Origin: Syntrophobacterales bacterium
GTDB taxonomy: Bacteria > Desulfobacterota > Syntrophia > Syntrophales > UBA2192
Assembly (NCBI GenBank): GCA_018053845.1
Contig: JAGPKU010000001.1
Location: 22,252-86,251 of the forward strand
DNA: 64,000 bases
Direction: 5' to 3'
Below are positions 28,829 through 38,318 of the stretch, piece by piece. The notes beneath the pieces were generated by a model that worked only from the letters and a program-made list of their open reading frames with translations, ran no database searches and was not told the DNA's origin. The number at the start of each line of letters is the position of its first letter. Position 1 is the first letter of the stretch. Made by a program: the position numbers and the translations under genes.

Positions 28829-28829
28829 A

Positions 28830-29690
28830 TTATCCCGCTTCCGCGATCCTCACCGGCTTCTGCTCGAACTCGTCGCTGCGGATGAACTCTACCGCGTTCT
28901 TGAAAAATGCCAGGCCCATCCCCTCCTCGGGGAGATCCTCACGGGTCCAGCGGGGGTGGTTGGTGAAGTGGGTGTAGGCCTCGGGGTGCGGCATCAGGCC
29001 GAAGAGCCGCCCCGTCTCGTTGCAGATCCCGGCGATGGCGTCGACGGCGCCGTTGGGGTTGGCGGGGTATTCCATGGTGGGCTCGTCGCCGTCGGGCGAG
29101 CAGTAGCGCATGACCACTTGCTGCTGCCTGTGCAGTCGCCTGAGGATCGCGGCGCTCTTGGCCATGAACTTCCCCTCGCCGTGGCGCACGGGGAGGTAGA
29201 CCTTTTTCAGCCCGCGCGTGAAGACGCAGGGCGACTCGGCGTTGACCGCAAGCCAGACCCAGCGGTCCTCGAAGCGCCCCGAGTCGTTGAAGGAGAGCGT
29301 CACCGTCTGCCGGAAGCACTCGCCGTCGAAGGCGGGCAGGATGCCCAGTTTCACCATGAGCTGAAAGCCGTTGCAGACGCCGAGGATGAGCTTGCCCTCG
29401 CCGATGAATCGCAGGAACTGCTCGCGCAGGGGCTCGCCGCTCCCCTTCACCCTGGCGTGGACGATCCGGTTGGCGGCCGCCTTGGCCGAGCCCAGGTCGT
29501 CGCCGTCGAGGAACCCGCCGGGCAGGTTCAGGAAGTGATAATCGTCGAGGCGCTTCTCGCCGTTGAGGATCTCGTGGATGTAGACGATGTCCACCTCGTC
29601 CGACCCCGCCAGCCGGCAGGCGTGGGCCATCTCCCGCTCGCAGTTCGTCCCGTTGCCCGTCAAGACAATCGATTTTACAATTCTCGGCAT
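28830..29690 (-). CDS. purQ: Phosphoribosylformylglycinamidine synthase glutaminase subunit (PurQ-like, long form)
   Basis: LTGNGTNCEREMAHA, LPGGFLDGDDLG, GVCNGFQLM (catalytic Cys), MPHPE. Confidence 0.8.
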   Translation of the reverse strand: MPRIVKSIVLTGNGTNCEREMAHACRLAGSDEVDIVYIHEILNGEKRLDDYHFLNLPGGFLDGDDLGSAKAAANRIVHARVKGSGEPLREQFLRFIGEGKLILGVCNGFQLMVKLGILPAFDGECFRQTVTLSFNDSGRFEDRWVWLAVNAESPCVFTRGLKKVYLPVRHGEGKFMAKSAAILRRLHRQQQVVMRYCSPDGDEPTMEYPANPNGAVDAIAGICNETGRLFGLMPHPEAYTHFTNHPRWTREDLPEEGMGLAFFKNAVEFIRSDEFEQKPVRIAEAG

Positions 29691-29894
29691 TCTCTTCCTT
29701 CCCTGATTTGCAGTTGAGATTCGAAGGTTCCGTAGCCCGAGTTACGGCTTTTTCGGGCACCGCACTCATCGAAGCGGAGCGGCCGCAGCGCAAGCTGTTT
29801 GAGCCCGAAGGCGAGTTTTTGCGTCTGCAGCGCAGCGGGATGCAGTACGGTCGAACAAGCCGTATCGGGCGAGGAACGCTTTCAATCGAAATCG

Positions 29895-32867
29895 CTAAAA
29901 TCGAAGCGTCCTCTGCCACGCTTCCTTCAGATCCCCGATCGTCTCCTCGAGGATCACGCCGCCCTTGAGGCCCTTGACGCGGAAGAGGCCCTCGCCCGTC
30001 ACGGCGCCGACGCAGGCCAGCGTGTTGCCCGCCATCACCGCCTCGAAGGCCGCCTTCTTTTCCGGGCGCACGGTCACGACGAACCGGCTCTGGGACTCGG
30101 AGAAGAGCATCTCGTCGTCCCGGGAGATCCCGGTCGCGGGGACCGCCGCCAGGTCGACGTCCATGCCGAGGCCCCCCGAGAAGGCCGTCTCGGCCAGGGC
30201 CACCCCGAGGCCCCCGTCGGAGCAGTCGTGGCAGGAGGCCACGAGCCCCTCGGGGATGACCTTCGCAAGGGCCCGGTAGAGCGTCAGGGCGCGCTCGCCG
30301 TCCACCTTCGGCACGTCGTTGCCGATGAAGCCGTGCAGGGCGTACCACTCGGAGCCGCCCAGCTCCCGTTTCGTCTCGCCGAGCACGTAGACCAGATCCC
30401 CCGCGCGTTTGGCGTCCATCGTCACGGCCCTGCGCACGTCCTCGATGCGGCCGATGACCGAGAAGAGCAGTGTGGGCGGGATGGAGATCTTCGTCTCGCC
30501 GATCTGGTAGTCGTTCTTCATGCTGTCCTTGCCCGAGATGCAGGGCACGCCGTAGAGGCGGGTGAGCTCGTAGAGGGCGAGGTTGGCCCGCACGAGCTGG
30601 GCGAGCTTGTAATGGCCGTCGGGCGTCTTCTCCGACTGGACGGGATCGCACCAGCAGAAGTTGTCGAGGCCCGCGAGCCTCTCGAGCGAGGCGCCCACGG
30701 CGACGGCGTTGCGCACCGCCTCGTCGATGGCGCAGGACGCCATGTGCCAGGTGTCGATGTCGCTGTAGCGCGGGCAGATGCCGTTGGCCACGACGACCCC
30801 CTCGAAGGACTCCAGCACCGGGCGGATGACGGCGGCGTCACTGGGACCGTCGTTGGCGATGCCCACGAGCGGCTTGATGACGCTGCCGCCCTGGACCTCG
30901 TGGTCGTACTGGCGCACGACATACTCCTTGCTGCAGATGTTGAGGCGCGAAAGCATGGCTTTGAGGGCCCTGCCGTAATCGGCGGGCTCGGGAAAATCGG
31001 GCTCGGGGTGGCGCGGGGGCGCCCACTTGGCCGTGAGCTTCATCTGGGGCACACCCTCGTGCAGGAACTTCATGTCGAGACAGGCCGCCGTCCTGCCCCC
31101 GTAGCGGACGCGGAACTTGCCCGTGTCGGTGAAGGTGCCCAGGACGGTGGCCTCCACCTCCATCTTGCGGGCCAGGGCCATGAACTCGTCGATCTTCTCC
31201 GGCGGGACGGCCAGGCTCATGCGCTCCTGCGCCTCGGAGAGCAGGATCTCCCAGGGGGCGAGACCCGCGTACTTCAGGGGCGCGTGGATCAGGTCCAGCT
31301 CCGCGCCGCCCGACATGCACGCCATCTCGCCCACGGAGGACGAGAGACCGCCGGCGCCGTTGTCGGTGATGGCCCGGTACAGGCCCCGGTCCCTGGCCAT
31401 GAGCAGGAAGTCCGTCATCTTCTTCTGCGTGATGGGGTCCCCGATCTGGACGGCCGAGACGGGCGAGTCCTCGTGGAGCTCCTCCGAGGAGAACGTCGCG
31501 CCGTGGATCCCGTCCTTGCCGATGCGGCCCCCGGTCATGACGACGAGGTCCCCGGGCCGGATCGACTTCACGTGGCTCGGCTCGCCGAGGATCTCGGCGG
31601 GCATGATCCCCGCCGTGCCGCAGTAGACCAGCGGCTTGCCGAGGTAGCGGTCGTCGAAGACGATGCAGCCGTTCACCGTGGGGATGCCGCTCTTGTTGCC
31701 GCCGTGCTCGACGCCCTCGCGCACGCCCTCGAAGATGCGCCGCGGGTGCAGGATCCGCTTCGGCAGCGGCTTGTCGTAGAAGGGGTCGGCGAAACAGAAG
31801 ACGTCGGTGTTGAAGATGAGCCGCGCGCCCTTGCCGGTGCCGAAGGGGTCGCGGTTGACGCCCACGATGCCCGTGAGCGCCCCGCCGTAGGGGTCGAGGG
31901 CCGAGGGCGAGTTGTGGGTCTCCACCTTGAAGACGAGATTCCAGTCGTCGTTGAACTTGATCACGCCGGCGTTGTCCACGAAGACCGAGAGGCACCAGTC
32001 CGCCGCGCCGAGGCGCTCGCGGATCTCCTGTGTCGAGCGCTTGATGCAGGTCGCAAAGAGCGAGTCGATCTCGAGCCGCCGGCCGCCCTCCTCCTCGTAG
32101 GTGATGAAGCTGTTGAAGATCTTGTGCTTGCAGTGCTCCGACCAGGTCTGGGCGAGCACCTCGAGCTCCATGTCGGTGATCCTGGCGCCGAGCCCCACGG
32201 TCCGGCGGGCCTCGATGACGGCCGGATCGTTCAGGTAGGCCTGGATGGCCTTCATCTCCTCGAGAGACAGGGCGAGCGTCCCCCGGCTGCTGATGGCCAT
32301 CAGCTCCGCGTCGGGGACGTTGAGGTCGATCTCCGCGATGCGCGGGTCGTCCGAGCCTGTCACCTTGGGCACGGTGGGCTTCATGCCCTGCTTCGGATCC
32401 CAGCCCCTGCCGTCGACGATCTCGTAGCGCTCGATGAGGTCGTTGGCGAGCACGCCCGAGGCAATCCGCTCCGCCTCGTCGCGGCTGATCCTGCCGCGGA
32501 TCACGTACTGCCGGGACGTGTAGACCTTCAGGGGCGTGCGCCTGCCGATGAGCAGCTCGATGGCCTCGGTGGCCGTCTTGCCCACATTGTCCGTCACGCC
32601 GGGGCGGAAGCCCACCTCGATGAGCCAGTCGAAGTTCTCGGCCAGGCCGCGGTTGACGGCGTGGCGCTGGATCACGGGGTCCGACAGGGGGCCCGCGGCG
32701 GCCTGCCGCAGCTCCGCTTTCGTCAGGGCGCCCTCGATGGTGAAGACGTCGATCGTGCCGACCTGCTCCACGTCGAGCCGGAGGTTCTCGACGATGCGAC
32801 GCCTGACCTTTTCGCCCAGGGCGTCGCGGATGTTCTTCCTGAAACCGATTTCGATCCGGTTGACCAT
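29895..32867 (-). CDS. purL: Phosphoribosylformylglycinamidine synthase PurL with N-terminal PurS-like extension (991 aa)
   Basis: ATG at 32867 (MVNRIEIGF...). Motifs: SEHCKHKIF, VETHNSPSALDPYGGA, DNGAGGLSS, SGKDSM. Confidence 0.9.
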   Translation of the reverse strand: MVNRIEIGFRKNIRDALGEKVRRRIVENLRLDVEQVGTIDVFTIEGALTKAELRQAAAGPLSDPVIQRHAVNRGLAENFDWLIEVGFRPGVTDNVGKTATEAIELLIGRRTPLKVYTSRQYVIRGRISRDEAERIASGVLANDLIERYEIVDGRGWDPKQGMKPTVPKVTGSDDPRIAEIDLNVPDAELMAISSRGTLALSLEEMKAIQAYLNDPAVIEARRTVGLGARITDMELEVLAQTWSEHCKHKIFNSFITYEEEGGRRLEIDSLFATCIKRSTQEIRERLGAADWCLSVFVDNAGVIKFNDDWNLVFKVETHNSPSALDPYGGALTGIVGVNRDPFGTGKGARLIFNTDVFCFADPFYDKPLPKRILHPRRIFEGVREGVEHGGNKSGIPTVNGCIVFDDRYLGKPLVYCGTAGIMPAEILGEPSHVKSIRPGDLVVMTGGRIGKDGIHGATFSSEELHEDSPVSAVQIGDPITQKKMTDFLLMARDRGLYRAITDNGAGGLSSSVGEMACMSGGAELDLIHAPLKYAGLAPWEILLSEAQERMSLAVPPEKIDEFMALARKMEVEATVLGTFTDTGKFRVRYGGRTAACLDMKFLHEGVPQMKLTAKWAPPRHPEPDFPEPADYGRALKAMLSRLNICSKEYVVRQYDHEVQGGSVIKPLVGIANDGPSDAAVIRPVLESFEGVVVANGICPRYSDIDTWHMASCAIDEAVRNAVAVGASLERLAGLDNFCWCDPVQSEKTPDGHYKLAQLVRANLALYELTRLYGVPCISGKDSMKNDYQIGETKISIPPTLLFSVIGRIEDVRRAVTMDAKRAGDLVYVLGETKRELGGSEWYALHGFIGNDVPKVDGERALTLYRALAKVIPEGLVASCHDCSDGGLGVALAETAFSGGLGMDVDLAAVPATGISRDDEMLFSESQSRFVVTVRPEKKAAFEAVMAGNTLACVGAVTGEGLFRVKGLKGGVILEETIGDLKEAWQRTLRF

Positions 32868-32887
32868 GGTCTCTCTTCCTTCCGCGC

Positions 32888-34279
32888 TCAGCGGAGACTG
32901 TATTTTGCCAGCTTCAGATGCAGGCCCCGGCGGCTGAGGCCCAGCTGCCGGGCCGCTTTCGAGATGTTGCCCTCGCACTCCTCGAGCACCCGGATGATCA
33001 TCTGCTTCTCGATGTCCTCCGTTTTCTCCCGGATGAGCTCCTTGATGGACCGCTTCTCGTCCGGCGTTCCGGCCTGCGTCCGGGCCTCGACGGCCTCGAT
33101 GAGCTCGGCGGGGACGTCGCCCATGACGATCGTCTCGCCCCGGGCCATGAGAACGAGCCGTTCGGCGAGGTTCTCCAGCTCCCGGATGTTGCCGGGCCAG
33201 TCGTGATCCATCAGGAGATCCACGACCTCGGGGTCCGCCCCGGCGATGCGGCGGCCGAGCTTGCGGTTGAACTTCCCGATGAAGTAGTCGAGCAGGGCCG
33301 GGATGTCCTCCTTGCGCTCCCGCAGGGGCGGGACGTGGATCGGCATGACGTTGAGCCGGTAGAACAGATCCTCCCGGAAGCGGCCCTCCCGGACGTCCTG
33401 CTGGAGGTTGCGGTTCGTGGCGGCCACGAGCCGCACGTCCACCTTGATCGTCTGGATGCCGCCGACGCGCTCGAACTCCTGATCCTGGATCACCCGCAGG
33501 AGCTTGACCTGCATCTCCCGGGGCAGGTCGCCGATCTCGTCGAGGAATAGCGTCCCCTTGTGCGCCAGCTCGAAGCGCCCGGGCTTGCTGGCAACGGCCC
33601 CCGTGAAGGCGCCCTTCTCGTAGCCGAACAGCTCGCTCTCGATGAGGTTCTCGGCGATGGCCGAGCAGTTGATCTTGATGAAGGGGTTGTGCTTCCGGGG
33701 GCTGCCGGCGTGGATCGCGTTGGCCACGAGCTCCTTCCCGGTCCCCGTCTCGCCGGTGATGAGGATCGTCGTCGTCGTGGGGGCCACCTTCCGGATGATC
33801 TCGAAGATCTTCGCCATCTGCGCGCCGGACCCCACGATCTCGCTGCGGTCGATCTCGGCCGGGGCCAGCTGGATTTCCTCGTCGCTCAGCACCCTCGTCT
33901 TGACGGCCTTGCCGATGACGCGCTTGAGCTCCTCCTGGTCGAAGGGCTTGGTGATGTAGTCGAAGGCCCCCTTCTTGAGGGCGTCCACGGCCGTGGCCAC
34001 GGTCCCGTGGGCCGTGATGAGGATGACGGGGACGGCCGGGTACTCCTCGGCCATGCGGCTCAGGAGGCCCATGCCGTCGAGCTTCGGCATCTTGAGGTCG
34101 GTCACGCAGGCCGTCACGTCGTGGCGCTTCAGCAGGGCGAGGGCCTCGAGGCCGTCGGCCGCCGATTCGACCTCGTAGCCCTCCTTGGTGAGCATCGCCT
34201 TGAGCACGAGGCGCATGTTGACCTCGTCATCGACGATGAGGATTTTTTTCGGCGGGATTTTCGACACGCGAGTTTCCAT
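32888..34279 (-). CDS. Sigma-54-dependent response regulator (NtrC family: REC, AAA+, Fis HTH)
   Basis: KILIVDDE...DLKMP (REC), [14 protein letters not shown] (the GAFTGA loop), [20 protein letters not shown], and a C-terminal [20 protein letters not shown]. Confidence 0.92.
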   Translation of the reverse strand: METRVSKIPPKKILIVDDEVNMRLVLKAMLTKEGYEVESAADGLEALALLKRHDVTACVTDLKMPKLDGMGLLSRMAEEYPAVPVILITAHGTVATAVDALKKGAFDYITKPFDQEELKRVIGKAVKTRVLSDEEIQLAPAEIDRSEIVGSGAQMAKIFEIIRKVAPTTTTILITGETGTGKELVANAIHAGSPRKHNPFIKINCSAIAENLIESELFGYEKGAFTGAVASKPGRFELAHKGTLFLDEIGDLPREMQVKLLRVIQDQEFERVGGIQTIKVDVRLVAATNRNLQQDVREGRFREDLFYRLNVMPIHVPPLRERKEDIPALLDYFIGKFNRKLGRRIAGADPEVVDLLMDHDWPGNIRELENLAERLVLMARGETIVMGDVPAELIEAVEARTQAGTPDEKRSIKELIREKTEDIEKQMIIRVLEECEGNISKAARQLGLSRRGLHLKLAKYSLR

Positions 34280-34300
34280 GGACGGGAGATTGAGAGTCAG

Positions 34301-34329
34301 ACTTTAGTGTACTTTGCCCCGGTCGTCAA
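34301..34329 (-). promoter_or_regulatory. Sigma-70-like promoter candidate (TTGACG-N17-TAAAGT) upstream of the response-regulator gene
   Basis: Read on the minus strand. It would give a leader of only ~15 nt. Confidence 0.35.
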
Positions 34330-34440
34330 GGCCCTTTCAGGATGCGGTCTTCGGGACAAGTTCGTCACGAATTCAACTTGCCGTGGTGTTCACCGCGGAT
34401 AGTCGGAGACCCTGCATATTCCTGAATGCCATCGGAGAAC

Positions 34441-34501
34441 GTCATTCCCGCGAAAGCGGGAATCCACAAAGAACGGGATGCCGGATCGGGTCCGGCATGA
34501 C
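34441..34501. repeat. 61-bp palindromic MITE/REP-like element with two hairpins
   Basis: GTCATTCCCGCGAAAGCGGGAATCC...GGATGCCGGATCGGGTCCGGCATGAC. Termini GTCAT/ATGAC are inverted. Stems are TCCCGC/GCGGGA and ATGCCGGA/TCCGGCAT. Confidence 0.7.
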
Positions 34502-34529
34502 ATGCAATGATGGTTGCCGACGGAGCAGC

Positions 34530-36056
34530 TCATGCCGAAGGCAAATTCAGCCGGATGTAAAAGATCGACCCGTAGCCGGGGATGGACTTCGCCCGGATGG
34601 AGCCGTTGTTGTTCTGGACGATCCGCCGGCAGATGGCCAGCCCCAGGCCCACGCCCCGCTCCTTCGTCGTGAAGAACGGCTTGAAGATGTTCTGGAGGTC
34701 CTCCTTCGACATCCCTCTGCCCGTGTCCCGGACGGAGATCCCCACGGCCCCTCCCTCCTCGCTCTCGATGCGGGTCGTGCGGATCGTGAGGGTTCCCCCG
34801 TCGGGCATGGCCTCGATGCCGTTGAAGGCGATGTTGAGGATCACCTGCTTCATCTGCTCGCCGTCGACGAAGACCTGGGGCAGGTCGGGGTGGAGCTCCG
34901 TCGCGACGGTGACGCCCTCGGGCAGACCGCTCACCCGGATGACCTCGACCGCCTTCTCGATGATCCCGTTGACGTCATAGAGCTTCGGGCTCACCGCGTA
35001 GGGCTTCGCGTAGTTCATGAACTGCGTCACCACGTTGTTGAGGCGGTCGGCCTCCTCGACGATCACGTCGAGGAGCTTGCGGCTCTCGGGGTTGTCCGTC
35101 TCGGAGCGCAGGTACTGGCCGGCGCCCTTGATGGAGCCCAGGGGGTTGCGGATCTCGTGGGCCAGGGCCGTGGCCATCTCCTCGAGCAGCTGCGATTTCT
35201 CCTTTTCCAGTTCCTGGTCGAAGCCGTAGATCGACGAGAAGATGTCCTTCGCCTCGGGGAAGAAATAGTTGAAGACCTTCTTCATGATGAACCGGAAGGG
35301 GTCGTAGGAGATGACGATGATGAAGGAGGCCGTCAGCACGTGGGTGAAGTAGACCGGCGTGATCGTGCCGAAGAGGCCCAGGATGAAGAAGAAGACGCTC
35401 GTGGCGAAGAGCGTGACGACCGAAACGACGAGGCCGCGCACCATGATCTCGTAGAGCTCGGGGAGGCGCGGGTGCAGGATGATGATGAGCACGAAGTACA
35501 GCAGGCCCGCCAGGGCCAGGTTGGAGACCGGGGGGAACCGGAAGCCCAGGTAGTGGAAGACGTCCAGCAGGCTCACGGCCGCCGTGACGGCGCAGGCCAT
35601 GGTCACGTAGACCATCCGGGTGCGCTCCACGCCGGGGGCGCGCCGGCGGATGAACAGCAGCAGGGCGCCGAGGCAGTAGAGGATCGCCAGGCCGAGGTAC
35701 GCCTGGAGCGCCGGCTCGAACCACGTGGCCCGGGCAAAGGGCGTGAAGAGCCCGGCGGCCCAGAGCACGCTCATGACCGACGCGGCGGCGACCTCCTTGC
35801 GGGACAGGAAGCTCTTTCCGCGGAGCAGGCTGCGGGAAAACTCGAGCAGGCAGGGCGGCAGGCACAGCAGCCCCGCGCTGCTCACGACGCGCCATAGAGG
35901 ATCCGCGAAGAGGCCGTCGAAGAAGGTGCCCCCCTTCTGGAGGAAGAGGGCCAGGCACACGAGCGCAAAGGAGACCTGGACGGCGTCCTTTTCCTTCTTG
36001 AGGAGCAGGGAGACGGCGATGGTGAGGCTCACCGCCGCCAGGATGAAGAGTTCCAT
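34530..36056 (-). CDS. Membrane sensor histidine kinase
   Basis: About 7 predicted TM helices, then an H-box (LAHEIRNPL) and N/G boxes (NIAFNGIEAM, DTGRGM, GLGLAI). Confidence 0.85.
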   Translation of the reverse strand: MELFILAAVSLTIAVSLLLKKEKDAVQVSFALVCLALFLQKGGTFFDGLFADPLWRVVSSAGLLCLPPCLLEFSRSLLRGKSFLSRKEVAAASVMSVLWAAGLFTPFARATWFEPALQAYLGLAILYCLGALLLFIRRRAPGVERTRMVYVTMACAVTAAVSLLDVFHYLGFRFPPVSNLALAGLLYFVLIIILHPRLPELYEIMVRGLVVSVVTLFATSVFFFILGLFGTITPVYFTHVLTASFIIVISYDPFRFIMKKVFNYFFPEAKDIFSSIYGFDQELEKEKSQLLEEMATALAHEIRNPLGSIKGAGQYLRSETDNPESRKLLDVIVEEADRLNNVVTQFMNYAKPYAVSPKLYDVNGIIEKAVEVIRVSGLPEGVTVATELHPDLPQVFVDGEQMKQVILNIAFNGIEAMPDGGTLTIRTTRIESEEGGAVGISVRDTGRGMSKEDLQNIFKPFFTTKERGVGLGLAICRRIVQNNNGSIRAKSIPGYGSIFYIRLNLPSA

Positions 36057-36340
36057 AAGGAGCCCCGGCCGGGGTTAACGAAAAAAGACCATCCCCGCGA
36101 GCTCACTCGGATGAGGCTGCGGCATGGCCCCAGGACAAGGGCCCCGGTTCACGCATGATTCCGGGGGCTTGCTTTTCCGGCATCATACCGGCAACGGCGG
36201 GCCAAGTCAATACCGCGGATCTTTCTTCCAGTCCCCATAGAACCGCCTTATCTATTTTTCCTACGATCCCCCTACATTGATTTTCACGCCGGGACCGGCA
36301 AGAATAGGCCGTGTTCTGTGCCAACCTTTTTCCGCGTTCC

Positions 36341-36381
36341 GGTTGTGCAGGATGCCTCTCAAAATTTCATCCTGCACAACC
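36341..36381. promoter_or_regulatory. Perfect 14-bp inverted repeat (GGTTGTGCAGGATG-N13-CATCCTGCACAACC), a candidate regulator site or RNA hairpin
   Basis: Seen directly in the 555-nt non-coding region between the histidine kinase and the satP-like gene. No U-tract on either strand. Confidence 0.4.
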
Positions 36382-36611
36382 GAAACAGGCTTGGGGCGGC
36401 GTATTCCCGTCCCGTCGCATCCCGATAAAAGCAACCGCAGGGTTTCAGGGGTATTTTGCAGACAAGGGAAATCCAGTCGAAAGGAGGTGAAAGAACGGAT
36501 TGTTGGAGCGGGAGGGCTCGAATGGGAGAGGCCTTCCACCGCTTCGGTTTCAGGCAGCTATTGTTTCCATTCATCGCTTCATGATCATCACCAAAAGGAG
36601 GACTCGTAATC

Positions 36612-37205
36612 ATGGCACAAGAGCATACCTTCGCATCTCCCGGACCTGCCGGTCTGGGCGCCCTTGCTGTTGCTTGCTTTGGTTTTGGCGCAGTATTTAT
36701 GGGCTGGGTAAAGGTAGAAGGCCTTCCCATCCTGTTTGCATGGCTCGTCGGCGGCGGCGTCGTCCAATACACCGTGGCCGTCATGGAATTGAAGGATCAT
36801 AACATCACCGGCGGCAACGTCTTCCTGTTCTTTTCGGCCTTCTTCATGTTCGGCGCCTCGCTGAGCGTACTCGCTAAATTCTTCATGATCAAGTTCGGCA
36901 TGGCGCCCCATGGCTACGTCGAGGGATGGACCTGGATGGCCGGGGCCGGCTTCCTCACCGTCGTGACCCCCGCGTACCTGAAGTCCAACAAACTCCTCTT
37001 CCTGCTCGTCGTCCTCATCGACATCGCCCTGTGGTGCATCGTCGGTCTGGACCTGGGCAAGATGGATCCCAATGTCGGCAAGCCCATCGTGGGATGGTGC
37101 CTGATCATCTCCGGCTGGCTCGGCGTCTACATCGCCGGCGCGGTGGTCTGCAACACCGTGTTCGGGCGCGTGATCTACCCGCTCCCTGCCCCATTTGTGA
37201 AATAG
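36612..37205 (+). CDS. GPR1/FUN34/YaaH (SatP-like) family acetate/succinate channel
   Basis: Six hydrophobic helices and an N-terminal ASPGPAGLGALA resembling the NPAPLGL signature. Preceded by aaaggagga. Confidence 0.75.
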   Translation: MAQEHTFASPGPAGLGALAVACFGFGAVFMGWVKVEGLPILFAWLVGGGVVQYTVAVMELKDHNITGGNVFLFFSAFFMFGASLSVLAKFFMIKFGMAPHGYVEGWTWMAGAGFLTVVTPAYLKSNKLLFLLVVLIDIALWCIVGLDLGKMDPNVGKPIVGWCLIISGWLGVYIAGAVVCNTVFGRVIYPLPAPFVK

Positions 37206-37250
37206 CGGAATGCCGGGTGATACCGGTTCGCGTTTGTCGCTGAAAAGCAA

Positions 37251-37282
37251 AAGGGCAGGCTCATCGGGCCTGCCCTTTTTTT
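37251..37282. terminator. Bidirectional Rho-independent terminator between satP-like and PAS-LuxR genes
   Basis: AAGGGCAGGC-tcatcgg-GCCTGCCCTT followed by TTTTTTT on the plus strand. The minus-strand equivalent is followed by TTTTGCTTTT. Confidence 0.8.
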
Positions 37283-37306
37283 CGTCGCGTTCATGGAATC
37301 GTCGCT

Positions 37307-38308
37307 TCAGAACTGGTTCGCGAGGTACTCTTGGAGACTGACCTTCTTCCCCCGCAGGTTCAGCTTCCTGCGGATCCGGTTCCGGTGGAAGTCGACGGTG
37401 CCCGGGGAGAGCCGCATGAGGGAACCGATCTGCTTGGAGCTTTTCCCCTTTTTGATGTAATCGGCAATCTGAAGCTCTCTTGCGGTCAGGTGCGCGTTTT
37501 CCTTGATCCGGATCAGGAAGGGGGAGGTGAGCGCACGCAGGTTCTCCTGCAGATGCTGGATGTGCGCCTGCGCCTGCTTTGTAAGCGCCGTGCCCTTGAG
37601 CCGTTCGACGCCGGGCATGATCAGGTCGTCGATGTTGGCCAGGATGCACCGCTCGATCTCTTTCCGATCGGCTTCCCGCTGTTCCAACAGTGTGCGCAGG
37701 GTGATATTGAAGGCCTCGAGTTTGACGGCCCGCCGCTGCAGCTCCTTCTCGCGGGTCCGCAATTCCTTTTCTGCCTTCTTGCGCTGCGCGATGTCCGCGG
37801 CGAGTTCCCGGTTGAGCTCGGCGATCTTCCGTGTCCGCTCGACGACACGCTGCTCGAGGAGGTCGCGCGATGCCTGCAGTTGCTCCTCCAGTTCCTTGTG
37901 CGCCGTCATGTCGACGAAGAACCCCTCGTAGTAGGCGGTCTTCCCCGCGGCATTGCGCACGGCGTGCATGCTCACGTAGCCCCAGCCCTGGCTCTTGTCC
38001 TTCCGGAGGAACCGGAACTCGAATTTCGCATGCCCCTCGGCCTCGACCCGGCGCAGGATCTTCTCCCGCAGGCTCCGGTCTGCATAGATCTGCCGGTATG
38101 TCGCCCTGATGTTCCGCTTCATCTCCTCAGGCGAGCGGTAGCCGAACAGCCGCGCGAGAGCCGGGTTGACGTTGAGGATCCTCCCCGACACGGACGTCTG
38201 GAAAATTCCCTCGCCTGCGTTTTCGAACAGGCTGTCGTAGCGTTCTTCGAAGCTGATCGGGACGGACGGGCCGTTCCTCTTCACGCCGCGTTTGCTCATC
38301 GAGTTCAC
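37307..38308 (-). CDS. PAS, coiled-coil and LuxR-type HTH transcriptional regulator
   Basis: PAS: YDSLFENAGEGIFQTSVSGRILNVNPALARLFGY. A long heptad-rich linker follows. C-terminus: LTARELQIADYIKKGKSSKQIGSLMRLSPGTVDFHRNRIRRKL. Confidence 0.8.
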   Translation of the reverse strand: MNSMSKRGVKRNGPSVPISFEERYDSLFENAGEGIFQTSVSGRILNVNPALARLFGYRSPEEMKRNIRATYRQIYADRSLREKILRRVEAEGHAKFEFRFLRKDKSQGWGYVSMHAVRNAAGKTAYYEGFFVDMTAHKELEEQLQASRDLLEQRVVERTRKIAELNRELAADIAQRKKAEKELRTREKELQRRAVKLEAFNITLRTLLEQREADRKEIERCILANIDDLIMPGVERLKGTALTKQAQAHIQHLQENLRALTSPFLIRIKENAHLTARELQIADYIKKGKSSKQIGSLMRLSPGTVDFHRNRIRRKLNLRGKKVSLQEYLANQF

Positions 38309-38318
38309 CTGCCACGAG

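Noticed and set aside
29799-33206. 1135-aa plus-strand ORF
   Set aside because: It is an antisense shadow of purL and the 3' end of the response-regulator gene.
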